Below are positions 39,431 through 51,285 of a stretch of 64,000 nt of DNA, piece by piece (within the stretch, counting starts at the first letter, position 1; every line of letters begins with the position of its first letter). Source of the DNA: Vicugna vicugna (lineage: Eukaryota). The stretch spans positions 1,559,880-1,623,879 of the forward strand of contig MU058669.1 in NCBI GenBank assembly GCA_013265495.1. The letters run 5' to 3'. The translations under genes were made by a program, and so were the position numbers. The notes below the pieces were generated by a model, which saw nothing but the letters and a program-made list of their open reading frames with translations, did not search any database and had not been told where the DNA came from.

Positions 39431-40167
39431 TTAGGTCAGAAATATAACTATTAATCCTGACTGGGAAAATGATAAAAGACTTCAGGACTAGAGTGCAGCA
39501 CTCACACTGGAGCTAGATCATGAGTGCTCTGCAAATATGGAAACACTGCTATGAGAACAGAGGCAGGAAAGCATGAATGAGAAATTAATGCTCTTAGACT
39601 GCAAGATAATGTGAAATGAGATTAGAGTATTTATATGTGGCAAGGTTGGAGAGAAGCAACACTGGACATCCATGTATATGGCAAGTCAACCGTCTATGAT
39701 CCTGGCTAAAATCAAATTATGGAGTACATAAAGTGTACTCCTTAACGACCTCTAATTCTGCTTTCATTACCCTTGACTCTGTATATCTAAGACTGTCCCA
39801 TTGTGAGTTTTCCAGGCTAGAGAGTAAAGGAATAAAAATCCAGATTTATCTCAAAACCATAGAATGTAAGCAGTCTCCTGTTCTACGTATTTATGAGGGT
39901 AAGTCTGTACTTCACATTTCAAAATATCTTTCCAGGGCTAAATGGAGGCAGCGCTAATGATAAGTCCCAACCACATTCCCCAGCACTAGGGGGAAAAAGA
40001 AAGAGTTGACAGAAGAGCACATGTCCCCAGCAGACTCAAGTTAAGGACGATGCTTGGTTTATAGTTCAGAGAACCAAAATATTTTCCCACTTGTAAACAG
40101 TTTGTAGCTCCATTGGCTGCCTAGAAGCATAGGGTTTGTCTATTCCCATGGAAGGAGAGAGATTAGG

Positions 40168-42090
40168 CTGTCTTTACTCCATTGTATGTTCTTGCCTCCT
40201 TTGAAAAAGATTAACTGACCAAAAGTTTATGGGTTTATTTCTGGGCTCTCTATTCTGTTCAATTGATCCATGTGTCTGTTTTGGTACCAATACCATGCTG
40301 TTTTGATTACTGTAGCTCTGTAGTATTGTCTGAAGTCTGGGAGGGTTATTCCTCCAGCTTCATTCTTTTCCTTCAGCATTGCTTTGGCAATGTCTTTTGT
40401 GATTCCATATAAACTTTAGGATTATTTGTACTAGTTCTGTGAAAAATGTCCTGGGTAATTTGATAGGAATCACATTAAATCTGTAGGTTGTTTTGGGGGT
40501 AGTGTGGCCATTTTAAGAACATGAACCACACAGTGGAGTAAAGACAGTCTCTTCAGCAAATGGTGTTGGGATAACTGGACAGGTGCATGTAAATCAATGA
40601 AGTTACAGTACTCCCTCAAACCATCCACAAAAATAAACTCAAAACAGCTTACAGACTTAAGACACTGTAGCCCCTTAGAAGAAAACATAATGTTTTGCCT
40701 ATCTGACATAAATCTCTGCAATTTTCTCCTAGGGCAGTCTACCCAGGCAATAGAAATAAAAGCAAAAACAAACAAATGGGACCTAATTAGACTTACAAGT
40801 TTTTGCACAGCAAAGGAAACCACAAGCAAAACAAAACAACAACCTATGGAATGGGAGAAAATATTTGCAAAGCATGAGAATGACAAGGGCTTAATCTCCA
40901 GAATATATAAATGGCTCATACAACTTACAAAAAAAAAAAAAAAAACAAGCAACCCAATCCAAAAATGGACAGAAGACCTAAACAAGCAATTCTCCAATGA
41001 ACACATACAAATAGGCACATGAAAAATGCTCAATATCACTAATTATCAAAGAAATGCAAATCAAAACTACAATGAGGTATCACCTCACACCATTCAGAAT
41101 GGCCATCATTCAAAAGTCTACAAACAATAAATGCTGGAGAAGGTGTGGAGTAAAGGGAGCCCTCCTACGCTGTTGGTGGGAATGCAATTTGGTGCAGCCA
41201 TTATGGAAAACAGTATCGAGATTCCTCAAAAGACTAAATAATAGACTTACCATATGATCCAGCAATCCCACTCCTGGGCATATATCCAGAGGGAACCTTA
41301 CTTCAAGAAGATACTAACATACACATATATATATAAAGTTACATATATATAAGTGTTATATATATAAAAGATAACAAGTTCATACTGTATATAGCACAGG
41401 GGAATTATTTTCAATATGTTGTAGTAACCTATGGTGAAAAAGAAAATGAAACTGTAACAGAAAAGAACAAATCTGACTCCATATTAGATCTGTTCCTTTC
41501 CTGTGCCCTGTTCTCTAGGCTTAGTCTTGCCAGCTCTGCACCTTTTGTAAAAGAATGTTGCCTTTAGCCTGATATACAGAAGGCCTATTCTCAAGGCTCT
41601 GACCTTAAAGGGTATTAACACTTTTGTACTTATATAAAGATAACAAGTTGCAAAATAGAAAATAACATTTGTTTTGTTAGAGGTGTTAGAGGTTTTACAT
41701 GACCTGACCCACATGGACAGATGCCAGAACAAAGAATTCCTACACCAAGAAGTTTGCCACCACCAACCACATTCCCTCCCCTTTTAGTATAAAAGGAGCC
41801 TGAATTCTGACTTGAGTAAGATGGTTCTCCAAGACATTAGTCTGCCATTGTCTCGCTCTGCCGGCTTCCCAAATAAAGTTGCTATTCCTTGCCCCATCAC
41901 CTCGTCTCCCGATTTATTGGCCTGTCGTGCGACAAGCAGAACAAGTTTGGAGTAGGTAAGAAAAACAAATATATGTATGTTAATATATTGACTGAAGCAT
42001 TCTGCTGCACACCAGAAATTGATACAATTTTGTAAACTGACTACACATCAGTCAATCAATACACACACACATACATGTAAACACACGCAC
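40168..42090 (+). mobile_element. Young LINE-1 with 5' inversion (40168-~40520 antisense), internal deletion and nested LTR
   Basis: ORF2 C-terminal peptides ([45 protein letters not shown]). TSD agagattagg (40158-40167) / agagatgagg (42091-42100). Confidence 0.95.
41453..41961 (+). mobile_element. Solo ERV1 LTR inserted in the L1 3'UTR
   Basis: Starts 'tgtaacag', TATA 'tataaaagg' ~41788, polyA signal 'aataaa' ~41872, ends 'ggtaaga'; 'aaac' on both flanks. Confidence 0.9.
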
Positions 42091-42159
42091 AGAGATGAGG
42101 GTACCTGGGAAATGAGAAACCCAGGGTATATTGGGGCTTTGTTTTTATCTTTTACATAT

Positions 42160-42870
42160 AAAGTTACAGTCATCAAGACAGCATAGTATCAACATAAGGA
42201 TGAACATACAAATCAAAGGAACAGAAACAAGTCAAGAAATAAGGTCACGCCAAAGCAACTCGAAGTGGAAAGGAAAGTCTCTTCAACAAGTAGTGCTGGG
42301 AAACCGGACGTCCATGCACAGGTAACTTACATTATGCATGAAACTTAAGATGTATCGTATGTCTGAATATGAGAGCTATAGATACAAAACTTCTAAAATA
42401 AAGCACAGGAGACATCCTTTGCTAGTTTGGATGAGGCAAAGATTTCTTAGATTTGACACCAAAAGCATAGCCATAAAGGAAAATAAAAAGATGAACTTTA
42501 TCAAAATTAAAATCTTTGGCACTTTAAAATAGACTATTAAGTAAATAAAAATAGAAACCACAGAGTAGGCAAATAACCAGAGACTATCTGCCAATTACAC
42601 ATATAATAAATGACTACTATCCAGAATATATAAAGAGTTCCTACAACTGAATAAGGAGATACGCATTTTAAATTGAGAAATATTTAGAGGAGAAATTATA
42701 TTTAAAAAGTATACAAATAGCTAATAAGCACAAAAATATGTTCATTACTGTCGATCTTGGTGGATGGGTATACTCACTTGGTAAAAAAAAATTCAGATGG
42801 TTGACTTAAAATGTGTGAGCTGCCCTCTATGTATAATTTAATAAATACTTAACAAAAAAAAAAGTAAACA
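42160..42870 (+). mobile_element. Old L1 ORF2/3' fragments
   Basis: 'ggaaagtctcttcaacaagtagtgctggg', 'aggcaaagatttcttaga', 'tatccagaatatataaagag'. Confidence 0.75.
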
Positions 42871-43276
42871 ACAAGGAAATTGTGACCCACTTTAGAAATG
42901 GGAATCCTCTTGCGGTCTATTCCAGAATTTCCTCAAACTATTAGGTTTGCTTTTATTTGGGAATGTTTCTTAAAAAGATTGATGACAATCATAGGAAACA
43001 AACAAGGCAAAACAAATCTGGCCAGCTCATTCTCCAAACCATAGTGGACTTTTTCATGTGCCAGAGAGATACAATCAATTTCAAACAGATTTGGTTTCTA
43101 AATAAAACGTAGGCTTTTCCTACATTACTAAGACATATATTTTGTGCTTATCAAGGGTACCCATTCAGAATTTTCCCCCTCTTGGAATACTACTAAATTA
43201 ATACTGGTATGTTTTTCCACCATAACACTTTAGAAATCCCAGTTCTGTACAGCACTTTAAAATGCTCTCATCCTCC

Positions 43277-44159
43277 CAGCCACGTATAAATCAACGAAAT
43301 TAGAACACTCCCTCACATCATACACAAATATAACCTCAAAGTGGCTTAAAGATTTCAACCTACGACAAGACACCATAAACCTAAAAGAGAAGAGAAGCAA
43401 ATCAGTCTCTAATATAAATCACAGGAATGCTCTCCGAGGGCAGTCGACTCAGGCAACAGAAACAAAAGCAAAGAGAAACAAATGGGACCTAATTGCTTTT
43501 ATACAAAGGAAACCATAAATAAAACAAAAAGACAATCTACAGAATGAGAGACAATATTTGCAAATGATACACCTGACAAGCACCTAATTTCCAGAATATA
43601 TAAACAGCTCATATAACTCAGTAACAGAAAAAGCAAACCACCAGATCAAAAAAGTGGACCGAAGACCTAACATTTCTCCAAAGACGACATACAAATGGCC
43701 AAGAGGCACATGAACAAATGCTCATATATATAGTAGAATACTACTCGGCTATGAAAAGAACAAAATAATGCCATTTGCAGCAACATGGATGAACCTGGAG
43801 ATTGTCTTCCAAGTGAGGTATGCCAGAAAGAGAATGAAAAATACCATATGATATCACTTACATGTAGAATCTTAACAAAGGACACAAATGAACTTATTAC
43901 AAAACAGAGATAGAGAGTCAAAGACATAGAAAACAAACTTATGGTTACTGAGGGGTAGAGGGAAGAGTGGAGGGATAAGTTGGGAATTCAGGGTTTGCAG
44001 ATAATACTATATATAAAATAGATAAACAGCAAGGTCCTACTGTATAGCACAGGGAACTATATTCAATACCTTGTCATAGCCTATAATGAAAAAGAATATG
44101 AAAAGAATATATATATTATTAAATATATATGTATGTTTGTTTGTTTATTTATTTAAATA
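43277..44159 (+). mobile_element. Young LINE-1 3' portion with internal deletion
   Basis: ORF2 C-terminal and 3'UTR similarity to the other young copies. 18-bp TSD (43259-43276 / 44160-44177) at a TT/AAAA site. Confidence 0.95.
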
Positions 44160-44914
44160 AAAATGCTCTTGTCCTCCATAACAAGAAGCAGTGAACACAG
44201 GACCAGTGGTAGCAGCAGCCACTGGGGATCATAAAGAGAACTCCAGACTATGATTTGCAATGATGAGTCCCAGTTATAGGAGCTGTCTGTGGGCCTGGAC
44301 ATGTCACATGATCCGCATGCTGCTACATTTTCCCCTGAACTGGAAATCGTCCGTCTGACTTTCCCTAAGTCATCAGAGTATTGTGAAGGTCAAATGAGAT
44401 AAAAGTTTTTCAAGGTGCTTCCCCATGCACTCAGTGTCATCCGAGGCTATGTCTTGGTATTATTAACAGCAGCAAGTATACAAGTTAGAAAATTTAATTT
44501 GCTTTCTGTTGTGCAGCATTTAAAATTGAGGTTACAATGAGTTCCTTGAAAAGTGCCTTATCTGCAAATATTATGTTTCTCCATTTGGTCTAGAAATGGG
44601 TTCGCTAATGATCTGCATAACAAGCTTGAATTCGACATGATCCCTGTGGCAGTATAATTCTGCAGAAGGAGATGAGATATAAACGTGGAAGGTCTCAACA
44701 CCATTTCCACCCCCACCACACCTAAGATGGACAGCACACATCATGGCCACTGATGATACTCCTCCAGCTAAGAGAGCAGGGGATGGTAAAAGCACATCTT
44801 CCTACAGCAGGTGACTAGATGGGGGTGGAGGAGTTAGTGGTTTGAGGGCCAGGCCCCTCCCATGGAAGACTCCGACGTGCCCTCCTGGGGAGGATAAGGA
44901 CAGTAAGGACCATG

Positions 44915-45420
44915 ATGATAGGAGCTAACATTTCTCACCTACTACAAGCCAGACCTGGTGCTAAGCACTCGACTTGCATTTACTCCTAACTAGTCTTCTG
45001 CGTGGCAACTAAAGGGATTTTTTTTTTGTAACGTAGATTCTATTATGTCACTTTGGTGCTTAAAACCTTCTTGGGGATTGCCCTTCCTTATAAAGCAAAA
45101 TCTTCCTGTACCCTGTTCTACCTTTAAGACCCTTGTGTGGCCGGTCCCTGCCTGTCTCTCTGACCTAGCAAGTGCCACTCTTCCTGGGGCTCATTCACTC
45201 CAGCCACACTGGCTCACGGCTTTGGCCTTTGTTGTTTCTTTTCCCAGGAACATCCTCACTCTTAATGATCATGGAATAGGTTCCTTTTGCTCGGAGCTCA
45301 ATGGCATCTCTACCAAAAGGCCTTTCCTGACCATGCCCCCTGAAATAGACTCAGAAGGATTAATTCACTTGCCCTGGACACACAGGGGCAAGGCAACAAT
45401 TTGAATCTAAGACCTTCAAA
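44915..45420. mobile_element. MIR fragments flanking an L2 fragment
   Basis: 'agctaacatttctcacctactacaagccagacctggtgctaagcact' (MIR, minus); 'tgcttaaaaccttcttgggg...ctccagccacactggc' (L2, plus). Confidence 0.6.
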
Positions 45421-46377
45421 AGCTGGGGTCAAAAGAAGTTATCATGGAAATTATCAGAGTGTAGGGGTTTATCTTAATCCTAAGAAAACAACTGAGGTTG
45501 AAAACTCAGATTCCAGTTGAAACAAAAATTCTTCCTGACTCTCAGTTGGGCTCCTTTTTCTATTTAGTCCAGAAAGAACTAAAATTAACATAATAAGGCC
45601 ACATTTCAGAGTGACAGAAAGGGAGAATGTGATTAAGGAGATGAAAATGAAGGAAATTTCAGACCTCCTATCTCCCTTTAGGAAAGCTCCATTATTTCTC
45701 CTCATTAAAGTAACTGTTGGTCTAATGCCAGGTATTCCCATCAAATGGACCTAATAAGACACTGGAAACTGAATAAACACTTTGCGTGGTAATAACAAGT
45801 GATGGAGGCAAAAGGTGAAATCTCCACGTAAAAATAACCTATTCCTCATTGAAATTTCCAAGAGGCCAAGGGTCACCCAGCTGAGATAATTGCTAAGTAA
45901 GACTGGACAGTCTAGGCGAGAAGCCAGACCAGTACCGCAGTGTTACAATGGGTCAGCCATCAATTAGATTTCTGGCTTTTGATTAAATGTCACTGAATGA
46001 TTAACTGATTAATCCTCAGGTCTTTCTAGAAGAAACCCTAGTGCAGCATACTAAGCTATAGCCCAGTAGTTTTTAGACAAATTCTTCTCTTTGGCACAGA
46101 AGTCTTTTGAAAAATTTCATGACACACATATTTTACTTTCTTCCTAGCAGCCGTGTTCAGCTTCTGTTTCACTTGGTAATTACTAAGAAGTGCACTCCCT
46201 TCACTGAAGGCATGGCTTGGTGAATTTAACATTTCCCTCTATGCTTATCTATAGGAACATTCAGGTAAGAATGCCTTGGACCAAGAAAGCTTAATGCAAA
46301 TTCAAAGTAGTTTTCTATAGACTGATTTGGGAGGCAGTAAAGTCGAACCGCCTGGGTTCACACCCAGCTCCTATGTC

Positions 46378-46620
46378 ACCTTGAGAGCGTGTTTGGAGGT
46401 TCTGGCAGGGGAGCGCAGCTACTCATAAACCCTTGACCAAGAAGAACGGTCCTCCTCTATCAGGGATGGTTGTCCTCTTCGACAGAGCGCGCAGCCTCAG
46501 GAGGGACACATACGGAGCGGTGAAGGAGGAAGGGGACACCCACATAGCCAGCCAATCAGCCGAATCAACCCTGGCGATCAGTGCAGTGACATATGTGGCA
46601 GCCAGATCGCCCTCACACCC
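46378..46620 (-). pseudogene. RN7SK: 7SK snRNA retropseudogene, nt ~1-242, 3'-truncated, no polyA
   Basis: Minus strand reads gggtgtgagggcgatctggctgccacatatgtcac...gatcgccagggttgattcggctga...ccagaacctccaaacacgctctcaaggt. This is colinear with human 7SK as I recall it, roughly 90% identical by eye. Direct repeats flank it. Confidence 0.97.
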
Positions 46621-46633
46621 AGCTCCTATGTCA

Positions 46634-46900
46634 TCCTTGGTTCTCTTTTCTTCTCCATTTGTGCTCATTCTCCTGCTGATCTCATTTCTTATTAGTATGT
46701 AAATACTACCTATATGCTATGACTACCAAATGTGTCTCCCTGGTCCAGAACCCTCTCTGAAATGTAGCCTTGTTTAAATTATTGTAGATCTTAAAAGGCT
46801 GGCACATCACCTGATATTCTTTCTTTCTGCTCTTTCAGAATGCTTGCAATCTTCTCTTGTGCACCGCACATCGATGGCATCTAGCACAAGACAGGTGTCT
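46634..46900 (+). mobile_element. L2 fragment
   Basis: 'ccttggttctcttttcttctcc...gatctcat...tatatgctatgactaccaaat...ccagaaccctctctg'. Confidence 0.55.
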
Positions 46901-49900
46901 GATGCAATCATCATGGTATGCTATGAATATATATATATGGTAGTTCTCTAGAGTTTTCAAGCTTGTGTAAAGATCCATCAGGAAGCAAGAGGTTAAAGAA
47001 ATCCCACTTTAGTGACACAGAGGACAGTGTCTTTGATTTCATCTAGGACAAAGGGGTTTGATCACAGTACTATACAAATTCAAATATCTGTTATAAATGA
47101 CTTTTTAACCCCTTTTTTATTAATAGATCCTTTTCATCTATTGTGGATGTTGGAAGATTAAAAGAAAGAGTCACAGACACCAATCCTTACTATCCACAGG
47201 AAATGTCCTATTACCACTAGAACATTTCTGTCATCCTTGCATTATAATTATGTCATACTGTTTTAATGATTTTTCATGCATTTAATAGTCATTACTGCTT
47301 CTCTGCTTTAGAAGAGTGTGATAACCTCCATCTAAAAACTCCGGTTTATGAAATTAGCCTCAGTTTACTCAGATGTAAAATGGGAAAATAAATCCCCACT
47401 TTCAAAGGACAAGGCATTATTAAACACTGTATTAAAAATATGGTATTTGTTACTAAAGTGTTGCAAACACATAAAACATAATTTGTATTATTATATACAT
47501 AAAATCCCACTTATCACAGGGAAGCAAATCCAGCATGTAGTCTACAGCAGAGCAGTATTTGTAGCATTCTGACTGCAAGTAGACAACTGGGCTGCCTAAT
47601 TTCATAGCACAGCTAAAACGCAGCCTCTTAAATCTCAATTTACATCAAGAGTTTTTTACTGTCAGAAGGGAATCTCTTTCCTCAACACAGTGTAAATGTA
47701 GACGAACAAGAGTCTTCCACAATTAGAGATGCTTCCGTTTCCTTCCGACAGCTTCTTTAAATCTCCCCCTAAAGTTTTAAGAAACAAAGTGGGAAGAATT
47801 ATGTTTCCTGAAAGCCTTCAATAAATTTCTCATGGTTCCTATAATATATTCCCCTCTATCTTTCTCCTGGAGTTTCCTGTGCCTTGAAAACTGAGGCTGA
47901 AGAATGAACATCAAGACAACTGCTATAGTTATTTTAACCTCGAGATGGTGAAGGCCTGACGTATTAGACGACAGGTATTTTGCAGAGGTTGCTAACCAAT
48001 TTCCTGTCAGGCATGAAAGCAGAGGAAATAAAGACAAATGTCCAGACAAAGCACTTCTGGGGTGTGCAGATGATGAGAAAATACAAATGACTTACTTGAG
48101 GAGTTACGGATTTGGCCTCCCTGAGAATTATCACCTACCCGTATTAGTGTCTAATTTAAACAGTTTCTTCAGTACTTGCCATTGGCCTGACATTTTACTA
48201 GGAACTTACATAACACTTACAATCTTCTCAGCAGTCATTTTTCGTAGTGTGGTATGTCTCAGCTTTATGCCTTTTTTATATAATGGCCAAGGGAGTTTCA
48301 AAGTCCCTTGCCCAAAATTTTAAAAATGCAACCTCTTTTCACAGTGCAAAAATATTCTCCATTGAGATGAGCAAGTATTTTCCTGGCTGAGGAGAACAAA
48401 CAATAGATGAAAATTATCTCCAGACAAGCTAACAAAAAGAAACTGTAATCTTAAATATGTAAGATTTCAACAAGTGTACACCTAGAAAACGGGACGATGT
48501 GACCCGGCAGGAGCTATGTTCAATGAAGTCTGAGATAATCTGACATACGGTTGAGACTGTGAGAGCTATGAGATGTAGAATTCAGGTTGGAAAAGTGCGC
48601 AATTTTTCTGCGTGTGGTCCTTTAAGGAGTATACTACTGCCAGGTCTAGGTTTTCAGAGGAAACTTGCCAAGAGGAAAAAAGATCTTAAAACTAGGTCCC
48701 GTGGAGAAGAGTTCAACAACCTCAGGTTACTTAATTGGGATGTAAAGATTCTAAGGTTTACGATGCCTTCTTTGAATCAAATGAGCGACCACTTCACTTG
48801 TTAAGGAAAGATGCCTCACGGACCTTGTGACAGCGAGAACTGAATTTCTGCAAGTTGCAAGCAGTCAGAAATGCCCTTCTTATGTTGAATTTAAGTACAC
48901 GAGTTCAAGCTGTCCACGTCCAGATGAGAATGAACAGCCTTGGGGGGTCACACGTCTCCTTTTGTCTGAGGTAAGGCAGCAGAACCAGGAGGGTTACTGT
49001 ATGGAAAATTCTAGCACTGGGTTTAGACTCGACTTGACAACTCTTAAAGCTCTCCTAACAGAGTCTTCAAAATTTTTGATCTAGTTTCTTCTGATTCTGG
49101 GATTGTGAGAAAAATCTGTGATGACAGAGCCTTTAAGAATTGTCTAGCCTTCCAGTATTCTAATTGCAAAAGTAGAAAATTAGTCATTAGTTAAATAGCT
49201 CCCGGTGTATCTATGAGGCTCTCATTTTAACGTTAACAACTTCGTTGTTTTTCTTGTTCACTGTTTCTCTCAGAATACCAAGGACACTGCATCAGGGTCA
49301 AGGTCATTTCTTAAAATAAGTTTAATAAACTTCTTCTCAAATAAAATTCTATTTTATTAGCTATAGACAGACATTATAAGAAGGGTAATAACCAACTTCG
49401 ACAAGACTTTTCATGGCTAGGTTTGAAGTATGGCGACCACACTTTCAGCACTCAGGGCGAGCTAACCAATGAAACCATTTCTTTCACAAACGAAAACTCT
49501 TGCAGCTTGTGAGACTTAAAACTGTTGTGTTTCTCACTATATAGGTCATGAAACTGAGGCTTAGAGAAGTTAAGCATCTTGTCAAATGTTCCACAGCCAG
49601 TCAAGTGATACAGTTGTGTCCTCATCTCAGAGGTGAGTAACTCGGACTTTCCACTTAGAGGTAGGAGTAACGGGTCAACCAAATGGGGAACGCACCTGCC
49701 TGCCGGGTGCCAAGCACCCCACCACAGCAGGAGGCATGTAACTCCATCTGAGTTAACTGGGCAGAAACTCAGGACCCAGAAACATTATACTGCTTGATAT
49801 CTTGAAGAATAACTGTCTCAAAAGGAATGTCCAAACGGTCTCACTGCCTTAGCGTTTAGCTTGAAGGAAAGCGGTGATGTGACGGCAGTTCCCTTTGGGA

Positions 49901-50857
49901 AGCATTTTGAAGCACACGTCTCCCCATACATGTAATCTCAGAGGGGTTTTCAGGATGGAGGCTGCGGGTTAGGAGGCAGCACTGTGAAACATAACCATCC
50001 TCTGCCAGCTCTTCCCTGACTGGGTCAGCCTCCTCCGTTTCAGCAATGATGACACTGACCTCATTCACAGTGGGAACGACCACCTTGTCCACAGCAGTCC
50101 AGGAAAGCTTCATCTACTCTTGGGTCACAGCCTTGTACTTATTCATGTGTTAACTTGCTGTTTTAATATATTCCTTTACTACCAGAGTAGGTCACATACC
50201 AACAAACCATCATCGGGGTGACTTCTTACTCTCACTACACTATTCTTTCCTTATTATTACTCTGTTGAGAAATTACCTCTGCTTTGATCAGTACTCCTCC
50301 CACACCTTCCCTTCTTAGCAGTTCCCCTCATAACACTGGATTCCATTCTCTTTAACTTTCCTTACAACTTCACAGTTTAGTCACACTCATTCTTTCCTTT
50401 GGAATTTTGGAAGATCTGTATTTACAGAGTGCTTCCTCACCCAAACCAGTGGAAACATTTTGCTTTACAGAACAAGTCTGAACAAGCTAAAGAGTTAAAA
50501 AAGAAACTATGATTTAAGTTAAAAAAAAAAAAAGAATACACCAGTGAGAAAATTAAGCGTATATTTTTTGTGATGTAGGCTTTGGAATCCCAGGGTTCAG
50601 CTGGAAGTATCACACCACTGTAACCTGTCTCTCTTGTATAAACAGTATATTCTTACCACCTGAGGCCATGTTCATATTACGGGGTCAAAGAGCAAACATT
50701 GAGTCATGAGCAGTAGGTGTGAACTGTAGTGGACAGGCAAGTGTTTCTGTCCCTAAGTGCCTCAGAGCTTGGCTTGAGAGAAAGCAACAGAAGGAAAGAA
50801 AGATGGCAGCTTCTGCAGTCTGATGGACCTGGGTTTATATTATTAATAACCACTCAA

Positions 50858-51285
50858 GCAATATGGATGGACCTGGAGATCATCATTCTAAGTGAAGTAA
50901 ACAAGAAAGAGAAAGAAAGATACCATATGATGTCACTTATATTTGGAATCTAAAAAAAAAGACAAACGAACTTATAAAACAGACACAGACTCACAGACAT
51001 AGAAAACAAACTTATGGTTACCAGGGGGGAAAGGGAGTGGAAAGGGATAAATTGGGAGTTTGATATTTGCAAATATTAAATAATATATATAAAATAGGTA
51101 AGCAGCAAGTTCATACTGTATGATATAGCACAGGGAATCATATTCACCATCTTGTAGTAACTTATAATGAAAAAGAGTATGAAAAGGAATATATGTATGT
51201 TCATGTATGCCTGAAGCATTGTGCTGTACACCAGAAATTGATACAGCATTGTAAACTGACTAGACTTCAATAAAATTTTTTTAAA
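50858..51285 (+). mobile_element. Young LINE-1 3' end (~430 bp)
   Basis: 'atggatggacctggagatcatcattctaagtgaagta' through 'tgtaaactgactagacttcaataaaa'. Confidence 0.95.

Noticed and set aside
40470..41257. Longest ORFs in the track (189 aa minus, 141 aa plus)
   Set aside because: Sense and antisense readings of decayed L1 ORF2, not host genes.
41361..41649. Near-identical tatataaa(a)gataacaagtt in the L1 UTR (41361-41380) and the nested LTR (41631-41649)
   Set aside because: AT-rich and plausibly native to each consensus; cannot be distinguished from coincidence.
46423..46702. Overlapping ORFs of 81 and 89 aa
   Set aside because: Chance translations of the GC-rich 7SK pseudogene.
49856..50145. 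Minus-strand ORF with a protein-like stretch (VDKVVVPTVNEVSVIIAETEEADPVREELAEDGY)
   Set aside because: Only 'ELAEDGY' recalls RPS3 and the flanks do not match. There is an in-frame stop just upstream and no clear splice sites or polyA/TSD. A tblastx search would be needed.
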